64,000 nt of DNA from Bacteroidales bacterium (GCA_007118495.1 SKRM01000032.1:34223-98222), one strand, 5' to 3'. Shown: positions 51,280-61,294, counted from the first letter of the stretch. Notes: a model not told the origin generated them from the sequence alone. Numbers and translations: made by a program.

Positions 51280-53634
51280 ATGACGCTTGAGATTGTTTTG
51301 GTATTTGGCATTCTGGGGCTGGCACTGTTACTGTTTTTAACAGGCTGGGTAAGAATAGATATTGTAGCCCTGTTGGTTATGGGGACACTTGGCTTAACCG
51401 GCCTGGTTTCTCCAAGGGAAGCACTCGCTGGCTTCAGCAACCCTGCGGTCATAACTGTCTGGGCCATGTTCATCCTCAGCGCAGCGCTTTACCAGACAGG
51501 AGTAGCCAGAATCATCGGGGTTCATATTTTACGTCTGGCGGGTGAAGGAGAAGCCAGACTCATTGTCCTGGTCATGCTCACCGCAGGATTGATGTCAGCA
51601 TTTATGAACAATATCGGGGTAGCTGCCCTTATGCTGCCCGTGGTTATGGACATGGCCAGGTCAAGAAACATTTCACCCTCAAGGCTTTTGCTCCCCCTGG
51701 CCTATGCTACCATGCTGGGAGGCCTGACCACGCTTATCGGAACACCACCCAACCTACTCATCAGCCATGCCATGGAGGATGGTGGTCACACACCTTTTTT
51801 ATTCTTTGATTACACCCCCATAGGGATCAGCGCCCTTTTTGCCGGTATCATATTTATGGTTTTTGTTGGCCGTTTTCTGCTCCCAAAAAAGGATGCACTT
51901 ACAGAAATCAATAAAATCAGGCGAAATGTTCCCGGCAAGTCATACGGGATTTCCGAGCGCAGCTTTTTGCTCAGGGTATCTCAAGACTCTTTTCTTGCCG
52001 GAAAAACCCTTCAGGGAAGCCGCCTGCGCAGAGGTCTCGGATTGAATGTCATCAGCATAACCCGCGACGGGCAGGTGATCAGAAGCCCGGATGCTTCTGA
52101 AGTGCTGCAGACAGGTGACATGCTCTATGTACAGGGTAATGAAGATGTGTTCAGGTCTATGCAGCACTGGGAGGCCATTTTGCCCGAGGCAGAAAAGATC
52201 AGCACTGAATCACTGCTTGGGCAGGAACTGATGTTTTTTGAAGTTGACCTGAGCGAACAAAGCTCCCTGTCTGGAACCAGACTTCAGGACACCAGATTCA
52301 GAAAGAGATTGGGGATCAACGTAATTGCTGTAAAAAGGGGGACACAGATCATCCGCGATATGCTGCACGAATTGTTGTTGCAAAAAGGAGACACGCTTTT
52401 ACTGCAAGGGCCTGTTGACAGAATTAAGAAACTCAGAGAAGAAGGCCGTGTGGGCACGGTCAGGCCTGCTGACAAAGACCTGTTAATCAACCAATACAAT
52501 TTACATAAGTCGTTGTTTTTGATCAAAGTACATGGAGATGCGGAACTACTGCAGGAGTCAATTGCAGAAAGCCATATTGGTAGTGCATTTGGCATTACGG
52601 TAATTGGAACACTACAGGATAATAACAAGCTGGAGCCTTATTCTCCAAAATCAGAAATACATAAAGATGACTGGCTATTGGTCAAGGGGAACATGGATGA
52701 TCTGCCCATATTCCAGGCACTGATGGAACTGGAAATTATTGAAAAAGCAGGCGACAGACCCTTGAATATAGAGTCAGACGAAGTCATGTTGGCAGAGGCC
52801 ATTCTGGCCCCCAGATCGCTGCTGGCAGGAAAAACCTTGCGCGAGATCAACTTCAGGCAAAAATACGGTCTTACTGTTCTGGCCATTTGGCATGAAGGTG
52901 AAGTACACATGAACAGAATCCATAACCAGCCCCTGAAATACGGTGAAGCACTACTTGTTTATGGACAGCGAGAAAAACTTGAACTCCTGGGCAAAGAAGA
53001 AGACTTCATACTGCTTACTGAAATTGGCGAACAACCCCGCAGGACAAAAAAAGCAAAAACAGCTGCCCTGATAATGGCAGCCATGCTGTTGCCGGTTATC
53101 GTCGGTATCATTCCCCTGGCCAACGCAGCCATACTGGGCATCGCCCTGATGGTGCTAAGTGGGTGTTTGAAAATGGAAGAAGCATACAGGGCCATTGAAT
53201 GGCGTGCTGTATTTCTAATTGCCGGAATGTTACCATTGGGAACTGCCATGCAGGAAACAGGTGCAGCAAATGTACTGGCCCACTGGGTAGGGACCCTTTT
53301 TGGCTCGATGGGGCCATGGGGGCTTATCGGAGGGTTATACCTGATCACGGCATGCCTCACCATTGCAATACACCCGGCAGCAATCGTAGTGATAATGTCA
53401 CCAGTGGCACTTGAATTGGCATCGACATCAGGCATATCTCCCCATACAGTTATGATGGCCGTGGCTATTGCAGCAGCGGCTGTTTTCATGAGCCCGGTAT
53501 CGCACGCAGCCAATCTGATTGTTATGGGTCCGGGGGGTTACCGCTTTCGTGACTATTTAAAAGTTGGCATACCCATGACACTGGTGGTAATGCTTGTTAC
53601 CATGCTCCTTTTACCAATAATATGGCCTTTGTAA
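51280..53634 (+). CDS. SLC13/DASS-type anion permease with four central RCK_C (TrkA-C) domains, copy 2 (tandem paralog)
   Basis: 784 aa, collinear with copy 1 over its full length. Starts 9 nt after the copy 1 stop. Confidence 0.8.
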   Translation: MTLEIVLVFGILGLALLLFLTGWVRIDIVALLVMGTLGLTGLVSPREALAGFSNPAVITVWAMFILSAALYQTGVARIIGVHILRLAGEGEARLIVLVMLTAGLMSAFMNNIGVAALMLPVVMDMARSRNISPSRLLLPLAYATMLGGLTTLIGTPPNLLISHAMEDGGHTPFLFFDYTPIGISALFAGIIFMVFVGRFLLPKKDALTEINKIRRNVPGKSYGISERSFLLRVSQDSFLAGKTLQGSRLRRGLGLNVISITRDGQVIRSPDASEVLQTGDMLYVQGNEDVFRSMQHWEAILPEAEKISTESLLGQELMFFEVDLSEQSSLSGTRLQDTRFRKRLGINVIAVKRGTQIIRDMLHELLLQKGDTLLLQGPVDRIKKLREEGRVGTVRPADKDLLINQYNLHKSLFLIKVHGDAELLQESIAESHIGSAFGITVIGTLQDNNKLEPYSPKSEIHKDDWLLVKGNMDDLPIFQALMELEIIEKAGDRPLNIESDEVMLAEAILAPRSLLAGKTLREINFRQKYGLTVLAIWHEGEVHMNRIHNQPLKYGEALLVYGQREKLELLGKEEDFILLTEIGEQPRRTKKAKTAALIMAAMLLPVIVGIIPLANAAILGIALMVLSGCLKMEEAYRAIEWRAVFLIAGMLPLGTAMQETGAANVLAHWVGTLFGSMGPWGLIGGLYLITACLTIAIHPAAIVVIMSPVALELASTSGISPHTVMMAVAIAAAAVFMSPVSHAANLIVMGPGGYRFRDYLKVGIPMTLVVMLVTMLLLPIIWPL

Positions 53635-53654
53635 GTTATTTAATCAATTAATAT

Positions 53655-54641
53655 ATGACAATAATGCATAATAAGTTCAAGCTTGGGTTTTTTCCCACCC
53701 CGATGTATGAATTAAAGCGGTTTTCAAAAAATTACCCCGGGTTCAGGATATTTATCAAACGTGATGATCACACCGGCCTGGCCACTGGAGGAAACAAGAC
53801 CCGAAAGCTGGAGTATCTTATCGGTGACGCCTTAAAGCATGGAGCAGATACGGTAATCACTTCTGGTGCGCAACAATCAAATCACTGCAGGCAAACAGCA
53901 GCAGCAAGTGCCATGGCCGGCCTTGAATGTCATCTGTTACTGGGTGGTGAAAAGCCAGAACAACCCGGTGGCAATCTTTTACTATCAACATTAATGGGGG
54001 CCAATATCCATTTCAAAGGCGAAAACAGAAAAGGTGAAGACACTGAACATCTTTTTGCCGAGCTGAAAAGCAAGGAAAAAAAACCCTACATAATCCCTTA
54101 TGGGGGCTCTAATCTGATCGGTGCAATGGGTTTTGCTGAAGCGGCATCAGAATTGAAAATGCAGCTTGACGAACAGAGATTGAATATGGATTATATTTTC
54201 TTTGCGTCCAGTTCGGGTGGTATGCAGGCAGGTCTGATGCTGGGAGCTGCGATGCATGATCTGAAATCTACATTGATGCCCGTTTGCAATGACAAAGAGA
54301 AAACCAATGGACTCTCTCTGCAGGAAATCATCAGGCAACTTCTCACTGAAGGCATTGCACAACTCCATCTGAAAACACCTCTGGATCTGGAGAATATCCC
54401 GCTGATTAAAGCATATGACCATGCGGGTTATGGTGTGGTAACGCATCAGGAAAGGTCAGCCATAAAGACACTTGCCTCTGCTGAGGGTATTTTGCTCGAT
54501 CCTGTTTATACCGCCCGGGCCTTTTACGGCATGATGGATCATCTGGAAAAGAAACTCATCAGACCAGGTTCAAATGTATTGTTCTGGCATACCGGAGGCA
54601 TCCCCGCAACCTTCCACCACGCCAGAGAGGTTCTCAGGTAG
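53655..54641 (+). CDS. PLP-dependent D-cysteine desulfhydrase / ACC deaminase family protein
   Basis: 328 aa: RDDHTGLATGGNKTRKLEYL (PLP Lys), GAQQSNHCRQTA, FWHTGG. Confidence 0.8.
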   Translation: MTIMHNKFKLGFFPTPMYELKRFSKNYPGFRIFIKRDDHTGLATGGNKTRKLEYLIGDALKHGADTVITSGAQQSNHCRQTAAASAMAGLECHLLLGGEKPEQPGGNLLLSTLMGANIHFKGENRKGEDTEHLFAELKSKEKKPYIIPYGGSNLIGAMGFAEAASELKMQLDEQRLNMDYIFFASSSGGMQAGLMLGAAMHDLKSTLMPVCNDKEKTNGLSLQEIIRQLLTEGIAQLHLKTPLDLENIPLIKAYDHAGYGVVTHQERSAIKTLASAEGILLDPVYTARAFYGMMDHLEKKLIRPGSNVLFWHTGGIPATFHHAREVLR

Positions 54642-54646
54642 AACAA

Positions 54647-54683
54647 AGCTGCCCGGTTAACCACAAGGGCAAACCGGGCAGCT
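54647..54683. terminator. perfect 12-bp-stem hairpin between convergent genes, possibly a bidirectional terminator without a strong U-tract
   Basis: AGCTGCCCGGTT-13 nt-AACCGGGCAGCT. Confidence 0.4.
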
Positions 54684-54737
54684 GAAATATGAAAAACAAA
54701 CAACTATGCTTCGGTCAGAAGCAATATTTTAAACCAA

Positions 54738-56156
54738 TCAGCCTCCATATCCAGGATTCTGAACAATATTTTTGTTGGCATTAATCTCAAACTGGGGAAT
54801 AGGCAGAAGAGCCCTGTGGTGATCTGGCCCCAATTCAAAACTTGTGGTAAAATGATCACTTCCGGTGCGTATTACGGATAAGCTGTTTCGCATCAGGTCA
54901 AAAAATCTGTGCCCTTCACCCACAAGTTCTTTTCTTCTTTCAAGCAATATCCTGTCCAGGTCAACTTGCCCGACATCATTATCCCTGTTGGTACGTGTGT
55001 CGTACAGAGTTTTCAGATAGGAGTTTGCCTCTGCCTGATCTCCGGTTTTCAGAGCTGCCTCTGATGCAATGAGGTATATCTCTGACAGGCGAATAATTCT
55101 GGGATTGTTGATGCGACTATCTGTATAGTTTTTCCCGGGAAATTTTGCCAAATACATGGCATTACTATCTCTGGAATCAACTTTTACAAGACCTGCACGA
55201 ACATCTTCTGAATCATCCAACATCAGATCAATAAAACTCCTGGTAAGAGTCATGGCACCATACCCACCGGGAGCCCAAAGATACCCGATGCCTTCACGGT
55301 CAGCGCTGGCAGTTGAATTGAATACAAGCTCAAAGATACTTTCTACAGAAAAATCGCCCGCCCATGAATCAACATAAGCATTATAAGGCAACAAATAATA
55401 GGGCCCGTTATGAATAATATCTTCTGCCAGTTCAAGGGCTTTGCTATAATTACCCTGGTATAGATGCACCCGGGCCAACAGCGCCTGTGCACCCCATTTA
55501 TTCAGGGTCCCATCGGTTACCCTGGCCGTGGGAAGCAGAGGAATGGCTTCTTCAAGATCTTTCACAACCTGGGCATACACCTCAGCTACTGTATTTCTTG
55601 ACAAATTTTCATCTGGTCGCACCACCCTGGTAACCAAGGGCACACCCAGGCTCACCGAAGGATCAGCATTAGCAGGCATAGGACCAAAAACCCTCACCAG
55701 ATCAAAATGGAAAAGTGCCCGAAGTGCAAGCGCCTGTCCACGGGCATGTTCCACCCGGATAACATCATTCTGTGTTCTGGTTGGGAGATCATCCAACTTT
55801 GATAGCACAAAATTCGCGTTCAATAAAGCCTCATAGGGCTTTGACCACAGACCACCCAAAGAGTTCTCGGGTGTATGGATATGGCGATAGGTATTAGCGG
55901 TCCGGTCAGCCGGAGCATATGTTCTGACATCATCTGCCATTACATCACCATAGAAAAACATTTGGGCACCATAGTAAGCAGCACCACCTTGTGTCCACAT
56001 CAGACGGTACAAACCGCGGGTGGCTACTTCGGCATCATCGATTGACTGAAAAGCCATGTCTGGGGTCAGCTGATTAGATGGAGCTGTATCCAACCAGTCG
56101 CTGCATGATGTCATTGCAATCATGCCAGCTATCAGGAATAATATAATTTTTTTCAT
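54738..56156 (-). CDS. SusD/RagB-family outer-membrane lipoprotein
   Basis: Lipobox MIAMTSC. 472 aa, TPR-like SusD architecture. Located directly downstream of the SusC-like gene. Confidence 0.88.
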   Translation of the reverse strand: MKKIILFLIAGMIAMTSCSDWLDTAPSNQLTPDMAFQSIDDAEVATRGLYRLMWTQGGAAYYGAQMFFYGDVMADDVRTYAPADRTANTYRHIHTPENSLGGLWSKPYEALLNANFVLSKLDDLPTRTQNDVIRVEHARGQALALRALFHFDLVRVFGPMPANADPSVSLGVPLVTRVVRPDENLSRNTVAEVYAQVVKDLEEAIPLLPTARVTDGTLNKWGAQALLARVHLYQGNYSKALELAEDIIHNGPYYLLPYNAYVDSWAGDFSVESIFELVFNSTASADREGIGYLWAPGGYGAMTLTRSFIDLMLDDSEDVRAGLVKVDSRDSNAMYLAKFPGKNYTDSRINNPRIIRLSEIYLIASEAALKTGDQAEANSYLKTLYDTRTNRDNDVGQVDLDRILLERRKELVGEGHRFFDLMRNSLSVIRTGSDHFTTSFELGPDHHRALLPIPQFEINANKNIVQNPGYGG

Positions 56157-56174
56157 TTTTTTACTGTTTTTTGA

Positions 56175-59100
56175 TTAAAAACTCACCTCAATACCAAAAG
56201 TAAAGACTCTCATCTGGGGCATTTGTGCGAAAACGAGCCCCCTGCTATCACCAGATTCAGGATCTACAAGGTCAACCTTAGACCAGGTTAGCAGGTTTCT
56301 CCCTGACATATAAATCCTTAACTGATCAAGACCAATCTGGCTGCTCATGCGGCCAGGCAGGGTATAGCCTATGTTCAGACTCTTTAGCCTCAAGAAATCA
56401 TTCTCATACCTTCTGAGCGATGACTGCCCATGGGTCAGCTGTGGATTTTGGTGAACAAACCTGGGAAGCACACTGTTGTCACCGGGTTGTCTCCAGGTAT
56501 TATTATACTCATATTGTGTTACCGTAGCGAACCATGAATTTCCATGGTCGGTATACCATGTGGCATTGGCATATATATAACCTCCCACGCTAAAAGTAAA
56601 CAAGGCAGAAAGATCAAACCCTTTATATGAAAATGTATTATAGATACCACCGGTAAATGCAGGATCAATTGATCCAAGTTTCACAGGTGCTGTTTCATTA
56701 AAGTTTTTGGTGGTTCCGTTTCTGTTACCATCTTCATCATGTGTATACCACATGCCCATTCCGTCAGTCGGATCAACACCTGCCCAATCTCGCACAAACA
56801 AGGTGTTGAATGAGTGCCCCTCGCTCAGAATAAATACGCCATCAATGATGTCCTCTCCTGCATATAGCTCAAGGATTTCGTTTCTATTATGGGAAATATT
56901 CAGGTTCGAAGTCCATACAAAGTCATTACGGACCATATTCGTTGAATTAACAGATAATTCAATCCCGCTGTTGCGCATGGAACCAATATTTTGCCAGATA
57001 TTATCAAACCCTGAAACTCTTGACACAGGAACCTGCAGCAACAGATCTTTGGTGACACGGTTATAATACTCAACATCTATGGTAACCCGATCAAACAATG
57101 TAAAGTCTGTACCTACATTGAATGCCTCGTTCTTCTCCCAACTTAAACCTGGGTTAAGGGTTTGCCCAATACTCATTACAGGTCTTCCATCATAACTTCC
57201 TGCATAGGTGTAAAGAGCCAGGTGCCCGTAAAGAGCTGTAGGCAGGTTGCCATTTGTACCATAAGAGGCCCTGATCTTCCAGTCAGACAACCACCCATTA
57301 AAATCTTGCATAAAATCCATCTGACTCAACCTGACAGAACCAGAAACTGAATAAAAGTCACCCCATCTGTTGTCCTGACCCAATTGAGAGCTGCCATCGC
57401 GACGATAGCTGGCTGAAAAATAATAGGTATTCTGATAATTATAGTTCAATCTTGACAAAACAGACACCAGGCGGCGGTTATCATAGAATCCAGTGTTGGA
57501 TAACGGATTTGCCGAACCAGAAATAACATCAATGATGGCATTGGGAAATGAATTTCCCTGCTGAGATGACAATTCGTCGTAAAGTCGCTCCACCTCAAAA
57601 CCTGCCAACATATCAAGGTTATGTCCATGACCAACGGTTTTACTATAATTGGCTATTGTTGATGAGGTAAGGGTATTGAAAATACGGTGTCTTTTGTGGG
57701 CATACCCATTATGGGTAGAACCGTCACGTGATAATGGCGACCAATAACGATCCTCATTTTGCATAAGGGCATCATATCCAAAAGTAGATCTCAGGTTTAA
57801 TCCGTCAACTGGTGTTACCTGTAAATAAACTTTGTTCATGCTTCTGAACTGCTTGTTCTGGTGCTTGTTCAGATTTACATCCTGAAGAACATGTGTTCTC
57901 CCCTGGGGCAGGCCACTGAAGTATGTTCCGTCTTCATTGTAGATAGGTTGCAGCGGGCTCAGCCAGAAGCGGGTTGAGTGAATTGGATTTACAAAGGCAG
58001 ACCCCCCGTCGAGAATAGCATTCTGGTCTGTATATGCCAGTGAAGCATTGATTCCAAAAGCGATATAATCACTGGCTGTATGATCCAGATTTAAACGGCC
58101 CGTAACGCGCTCATAGTCATTGCCTATATAATTACCATCCTGCTGATTGTAAGACACGGATGTAAAGAAGCGGGTATTGGCAGATCCGCCTGATGCGCTG
58201 AACTCATGAGAATGGGTTACCCCATTACGAAACAATGCTCCTTGCCAATCATAGTCTGAAGCTGGTCTGCTGGGATCATAAGCCCAGAAAAGAGTATTCA
58301 TCCTTTCTACTGCATAGGCATTGGCATCAGTTTCATTCATATTCATATAAAAACGTCCCTGGTTAAAAAAACCTTCACGTTTTAACTCCCACATTTGATC
58401 TGCTGTTGCTACTTCAAAATGAGGGCCGGCAAAATCATTATAGCCATAGGATGAACGCAATCTGAAAAGAGTCTTGCCGTCCTGACCTGATTTTGTTGTA
58501 ATAAGAATCACTCCATTGGCAGCCCTTGACCCATACAGTGAAGCAGCTGCTGCATCCTTCAGGATGGTAACACTAGCAATGTCATTTGGGTTTAAAGCTG
58601 CAAGAGGGTTTGAAGTGGATCCCGCCAGATTGGATATGTTTTCTCCAACCACGGGTATTCCATCAATCACATATAATGGTTCATTTGATGAACTGATTGA
58701 TCCGACGCCCCTGATACGTAGCTCTGAAACAGCACCTAACTGACCAGAGGTATTTCCCAGCTGCAGTCCGGGGGCGGCGCCTTCGAGCGCATGTTCAAAA
58801 GATGTCACAGGAACCCGCTCAATTTGGTCAGCCCTGATTGAAGATGCAGAACCTGTAAAAGATGCTCGCTGTACAGTGCCATAGGCGATCACAATAACCT
58901 CATCGAGACCAACGGTGGCCGATTCAAGACTAAGGTCAATTACACTCCTGCCATTGACAGGCACTTCACGGGTAGTCATCCCGATAAAAGAATAGACCAG
59001 CACACCATCAGCAGGTACATTTATGTGGTAACGTCCATCTATATCTGAAATGGTACCCTGAGAGGTTCCTTTCAACTGTATGGTCACCCCGGGCAGGGTA

Positions 59101-59207
59101 CTTCCATCACTGCTGTCGGTTACCGTTCCGGAAACTGAGATCTGTTGCGCAAACAGGCTCGCGCCTGACAAAAGCAAACAGATCAATAAAACATAACTCT
59201 TTTTCAT
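56175..59207 (-). CDS. SusC/RagA-family TonB-dependent transporter
   Basis: The start is taken at MKKSYVLLICLLLSGASLFAQQ. CarboxypepD_reg (VSGTVTDSSDGSTLPGVTIQLKGT), plug (DAAAASLYGSRAANGVILITTK), C-terminal TFGIEVSF. Confidence 0.92.
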   Translation of the reverse strand: MKKSYVLLICLLLSGASLFAQQISVSGTVTDSSDGSTLPGVTIQLKGTSQGTISDIDGRYHINVPADGVLVYSFIGMTTREVPVNGRSVIDLSLESATVGLDEVIVIAYGTVQRASFTGSASSIRADQIERVPVTSFEHALEGAAPGLQLGNTSGQLGAVSELRIRGVGSISSSNEPLYVIDGIPVVGENISNLAGSTSNPLAALNPNDIASVTILKDAAAASLYGSRAANGVILITTKSGQDGKTLFRLRSSYGYNDFAGPHFEVATADQMWELKREGFFNQGRFYMNMNETDANAYAVERMNTLFWAYDPSRPASDYDWQGALFRNGVTHSHEFSASGGSANTRFFTSVSYNQQDGNYIGNDYERVTGRLNLDHTASDYIAFGINASLAYTDQNAILDGGSAFVNPIHSTRFWLSPLQPIYNEDGTYFSGLPQGRTHVLQDVNLNKHQNKQFRSMNKVYLQVTPVDGLNLRSTFGYDALMQNEDRYWSPLSRDGSTHNGYAHKRHRIFNTLTSSTIANYSKTVGHGHNLDMLAGFEVERLYDELSSQQGNSFPNAIIDVISGSANPLSNTGFYDNRRLVSVLSRLNYNYQNTYYFSASYRRDGSSQLGQDNRWGDFYSVSGSVRLSQMDFMQDFNGWLSDWKIRASYGTNGNLPTALYGHLALYTYAGSYDGRPVMSIGQTLNPGLSWEKNEAFNVGTDFTLFDRVTIDVEYYNRVTKDLLLQVPVSRVSGFDNIWQNIGSMRNSGIELSVNSTNMVRNDFVWTSNLNISHNRNEILELYAGEDIIDGVFILSEGHSFNTLFVRDWAGVDPTDGMGMWYTHDEDGNRNGTTKNFNETAPVKLGSIDPAFTGGIYNTFSYKGFDLSALFTFSVGGYIYANATWYTDHGNSWFATVTQYEYNNTWRQPGDNSVLPRFVHQNPQLTHGQSSLRRYENDFLRLKSLNIGYTLPGRMSSQIGLDQLRIYMSGRNLLTWSKVDLVDPESGDSRGLVFAQMPQMRVFTFGIEVSF

Positions 59208-59335
59208 TTTGATTGTTTTTAGTTGATAACTAGGTGGTTTACTCAATTTCTTGTTTCCCTTTTTTATGCTCAAAAACAAGTGGTATGAATACTTGGTTTT
59301 TGACCCACAATGATAGTTGTATACGCTAACATACG

Positions 59336-59347
59336 AAATACGTATTT
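59336..59347. repeat. perfect 12-bp palindrome AAATACGTATTT upstream of the SusC-like gene
   Basis: Read directly. Lies about 130 nt upstream of the SusC-like ATG. Confidence 0.8.
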
Positions 59348-59350
59348 TAA

Positions 59351-59372
59351 CTATTTATAAACCCTATTTATA
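59351..59372. repeat. 9-nt direct repeat CTATTTATA x2 (13-bp period)
   Basis: 59351-59359 and 59364-59372, immediately next to the palindrome. Confidence 0.8.
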
Positions 59373-59521
59373 GTTTAATTATATTATTTTTAATTCTAAC
59401 ACACAAACACAGCTTCGCCTGTCAAAGGACAACTGCCTCTGATTCACAGCCTGTATGAAGGCTAAAAAAGTATGCTCAGAAAGAAAATACCGGATTGGGA
59501 AGGGGAATACGCAATGTCCGG

Positions 59522-60181
59522 TCAGAGAATGACGATATCCTGTTTGAGTGCGTAGCGTAACATCTCAACAGAATTTTTCAATTTTAATTTTTTATAAATA
59601 TTTGACTTATGAACTTCAACTGTACGGCAGCTGATAGATAGCTGCGAAGCAATTTCCTGGGTGGTAAAACCCTCAGCAAACAATTTGATCACTTGTTTTT
59701 CACGTGAAGTAAGTTCTGGTAACATTTTTCCGTTGCTCTTGCGTCCGGATGAACTCACAGAACCCACCAGATAGTCAGCGGCCAATTCAGCCACCGGCCC
59801 TTTGAACCAGGTTTTTCCAACAACGAGGGCTTTGACGGCTTCAAGCAACTCTTCAATGCGGACATCTTTTGGCAGATAGCCACGAATTCCTTTATAAATG
59901 GCCTCCATAACCCGTTCTCGCGAGAAATGCGCTGAGAGCATCATAACCGGAAAATCCGGAGATTCCTTTAGTATTTCTGTTAAGGCGTATATGCCATTGA
60001 AGTTTGGCATTTCATAATCTACGACAGCAATATCAGGCTGATATTTCCTGAAAAGTTGGACTGCTTCATGCCCATTGCGAGCCTGGTAAACCTCGCTGAT
60101 TTCAACATCGGCTGACAATAACGAGCTCAAAGCCTCGCGAATCAATGCATGATCATCTGCTAAAAGAACTTTAATTTTCAT
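59522..60181 (-). CDS. NarL/LuxR-family response regulator
   Basis: Receiver domain (VLLADDH..., VVDYEMPNFNG) plus a C-terminal LuxR HTH (LTSREKQVIKLFAEGFTTQEIASQLSISCRTVEVHKSNIYKKL). Confidence 0.9.
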   Translation of the reverse strand: MKIKVLLADDHALIREALSSLLSADVEISEVYQARNGHEAVQLFRKYQPDIAVVDYEMPNFNGIYALTEILKESPDFPVMMLSAHFSRERVMEAIYKGIRGYLPKDVRIEELLEAVKALVVGKTWFKGPVAELAADYLVGSVSSSGRKSNGKMLPELTSREKQVIKLFAEGFTTQEIASQLSISCRTVEVHKSNIYKKLKLKNSVEMLRYALKQDIVIL

Positions 60182-60216
60182 GGTTACTATATTTTTTGAC
60201 CAGCCAGATATGAGAA

Positions 60217-60876
60217 TCAGTCAAATAACTGTTCCAGTGGTACCTGGATCTCTGTCGAAAATGGAAGGCCCGGATCGCATGTAAAAATTACATGTCCTCC
60301 CAATCGGGCAATCCTGTGGCGAATATTGGCCATTCCATGGCCAGTGGTCTTGTTTTGATTTGTATTGACATAGCCGTTATCACTGATAGATATTCTTAAT
60401 TTATGACCTCTTACCCGAATGGATACAAATATTTTTGTGGCACAACTGTGTCTGATTGTGTTGGTAAATGATTCCTGAAAAATCCTGTAAAGATTTTTAG
60501 CGGCAACCGCAGAGAATATATCATCCAGGTCAAAGTGTGTGAATTCAACGCTAAGACCAGATGTTTGCTCAAATGTAGCAGCCAGGTTTTCAAGGTCTTC
60601 TTTAAAGTTAATCTGCCCATGAGCATTCTGTTTCTGAAGATCGTGGCTCAAACTTCGAACCTCCTGCATTGAATCAATCAGGTTATCAAGCACCTGGTTC
60701 AACTGAAGTTTTAGTGTATCATCCAGGGCCTGCATCATGCATTTTTCAAGATGTAATTTTACAACCGTAAGTTTTTGACCGATATGGTCATGTAGCTCTC
60801 TCGAAATATCCAAAAGGTCAACCTCTCTGTCTTTGAGTTGTAAACCAGATCTGATATACGCCGTTGAAGGATTCAT
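60217..60876 (-). CDS. histidine kinase core (HisKA_3 + HATPase_c) without sensor or TM domain
   Basis: 219 aa. H-box SRELHDHIGQKL, N-box ESFTNTIRHS, DNG, GHGMANIRHR. Only about 25 residues precede the H-box, and an in-frame stop lies 12 nt upstream of the ATG. Confidence 0.8.
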   Translation of the reverse strand: MNPSTAYIRSGLQLKDREVDLLDISRELHDHIGQKLTVVKLHLEKCMMQALDDTLKLQLNQVLDNLIDSMQEVRSLSHDLQKQNAHGQINFKEDLENLAATFEQTSGLSVEFTHFDLDDIFSAVAAKNLYRIFQESFTNTIRHSCATKIFVSIRVRGHKLRISISDNGYVNTNQNKTTGHGMANIRHRIARLGGHVIFTCDPGLPFSTEIQVPLEQLFD

Positions 60877-61054
60877 ATTACAAGCTATTCATTAACCATT
60901 ATTCATATCAAATATTGTGCAATCAATGATACAGAGCTGTTATTTGGCAACTTAGAGATATTCTTCTGCGCGAGTCTCTCATAAATATTTGTCTTATAAG
61001 CGGACATGTCTGTTCGTTTACGGACAACAGCCTATGTACATCTTCATGCTTTAT

Positions 61055-61085
61055 GGCGTATTATAAATGTACACATTTAAACGCC
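61055..61085. repeat. imperfect 31-nt inverted repeat / hairpin in a 436-bp ORF-free region
   Basis: GGCGT-atta-TAAATGT-ac-ACATTTA-a-ACGCC (5-bp and 7-bp arms). Confidence 0.6.
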
Positions 61086-61294
61086 AGGTTCATTTGATTA
61101 TTCTCAAACCAATTGTATGCCAAACATGTAATTATTTTATATGAATTTTTACGTAATTCAAAATAAACCATTATTGCTATTCTTGTTTTTCCAAATTATG
61201 ACATCAGATCAGGTCTATCTGCTAAGCATTGGAACAGCCTAAAATACTTCAAGTTCCTGACCGTACACATTGAATCAAATTTGGTATCATTGGT

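Noticed and set aside
52959-53513. 184-aa ORF antisense to the second SLC13 permease gene; similar antisense ORFs lie at 50817-51101 and 52284-52628
   Set aside because: They are shadow ORFs within a well-supported coding frame, and their Ala/Ile-rich composition mirrors the opposite-strand membrane-protein codons.
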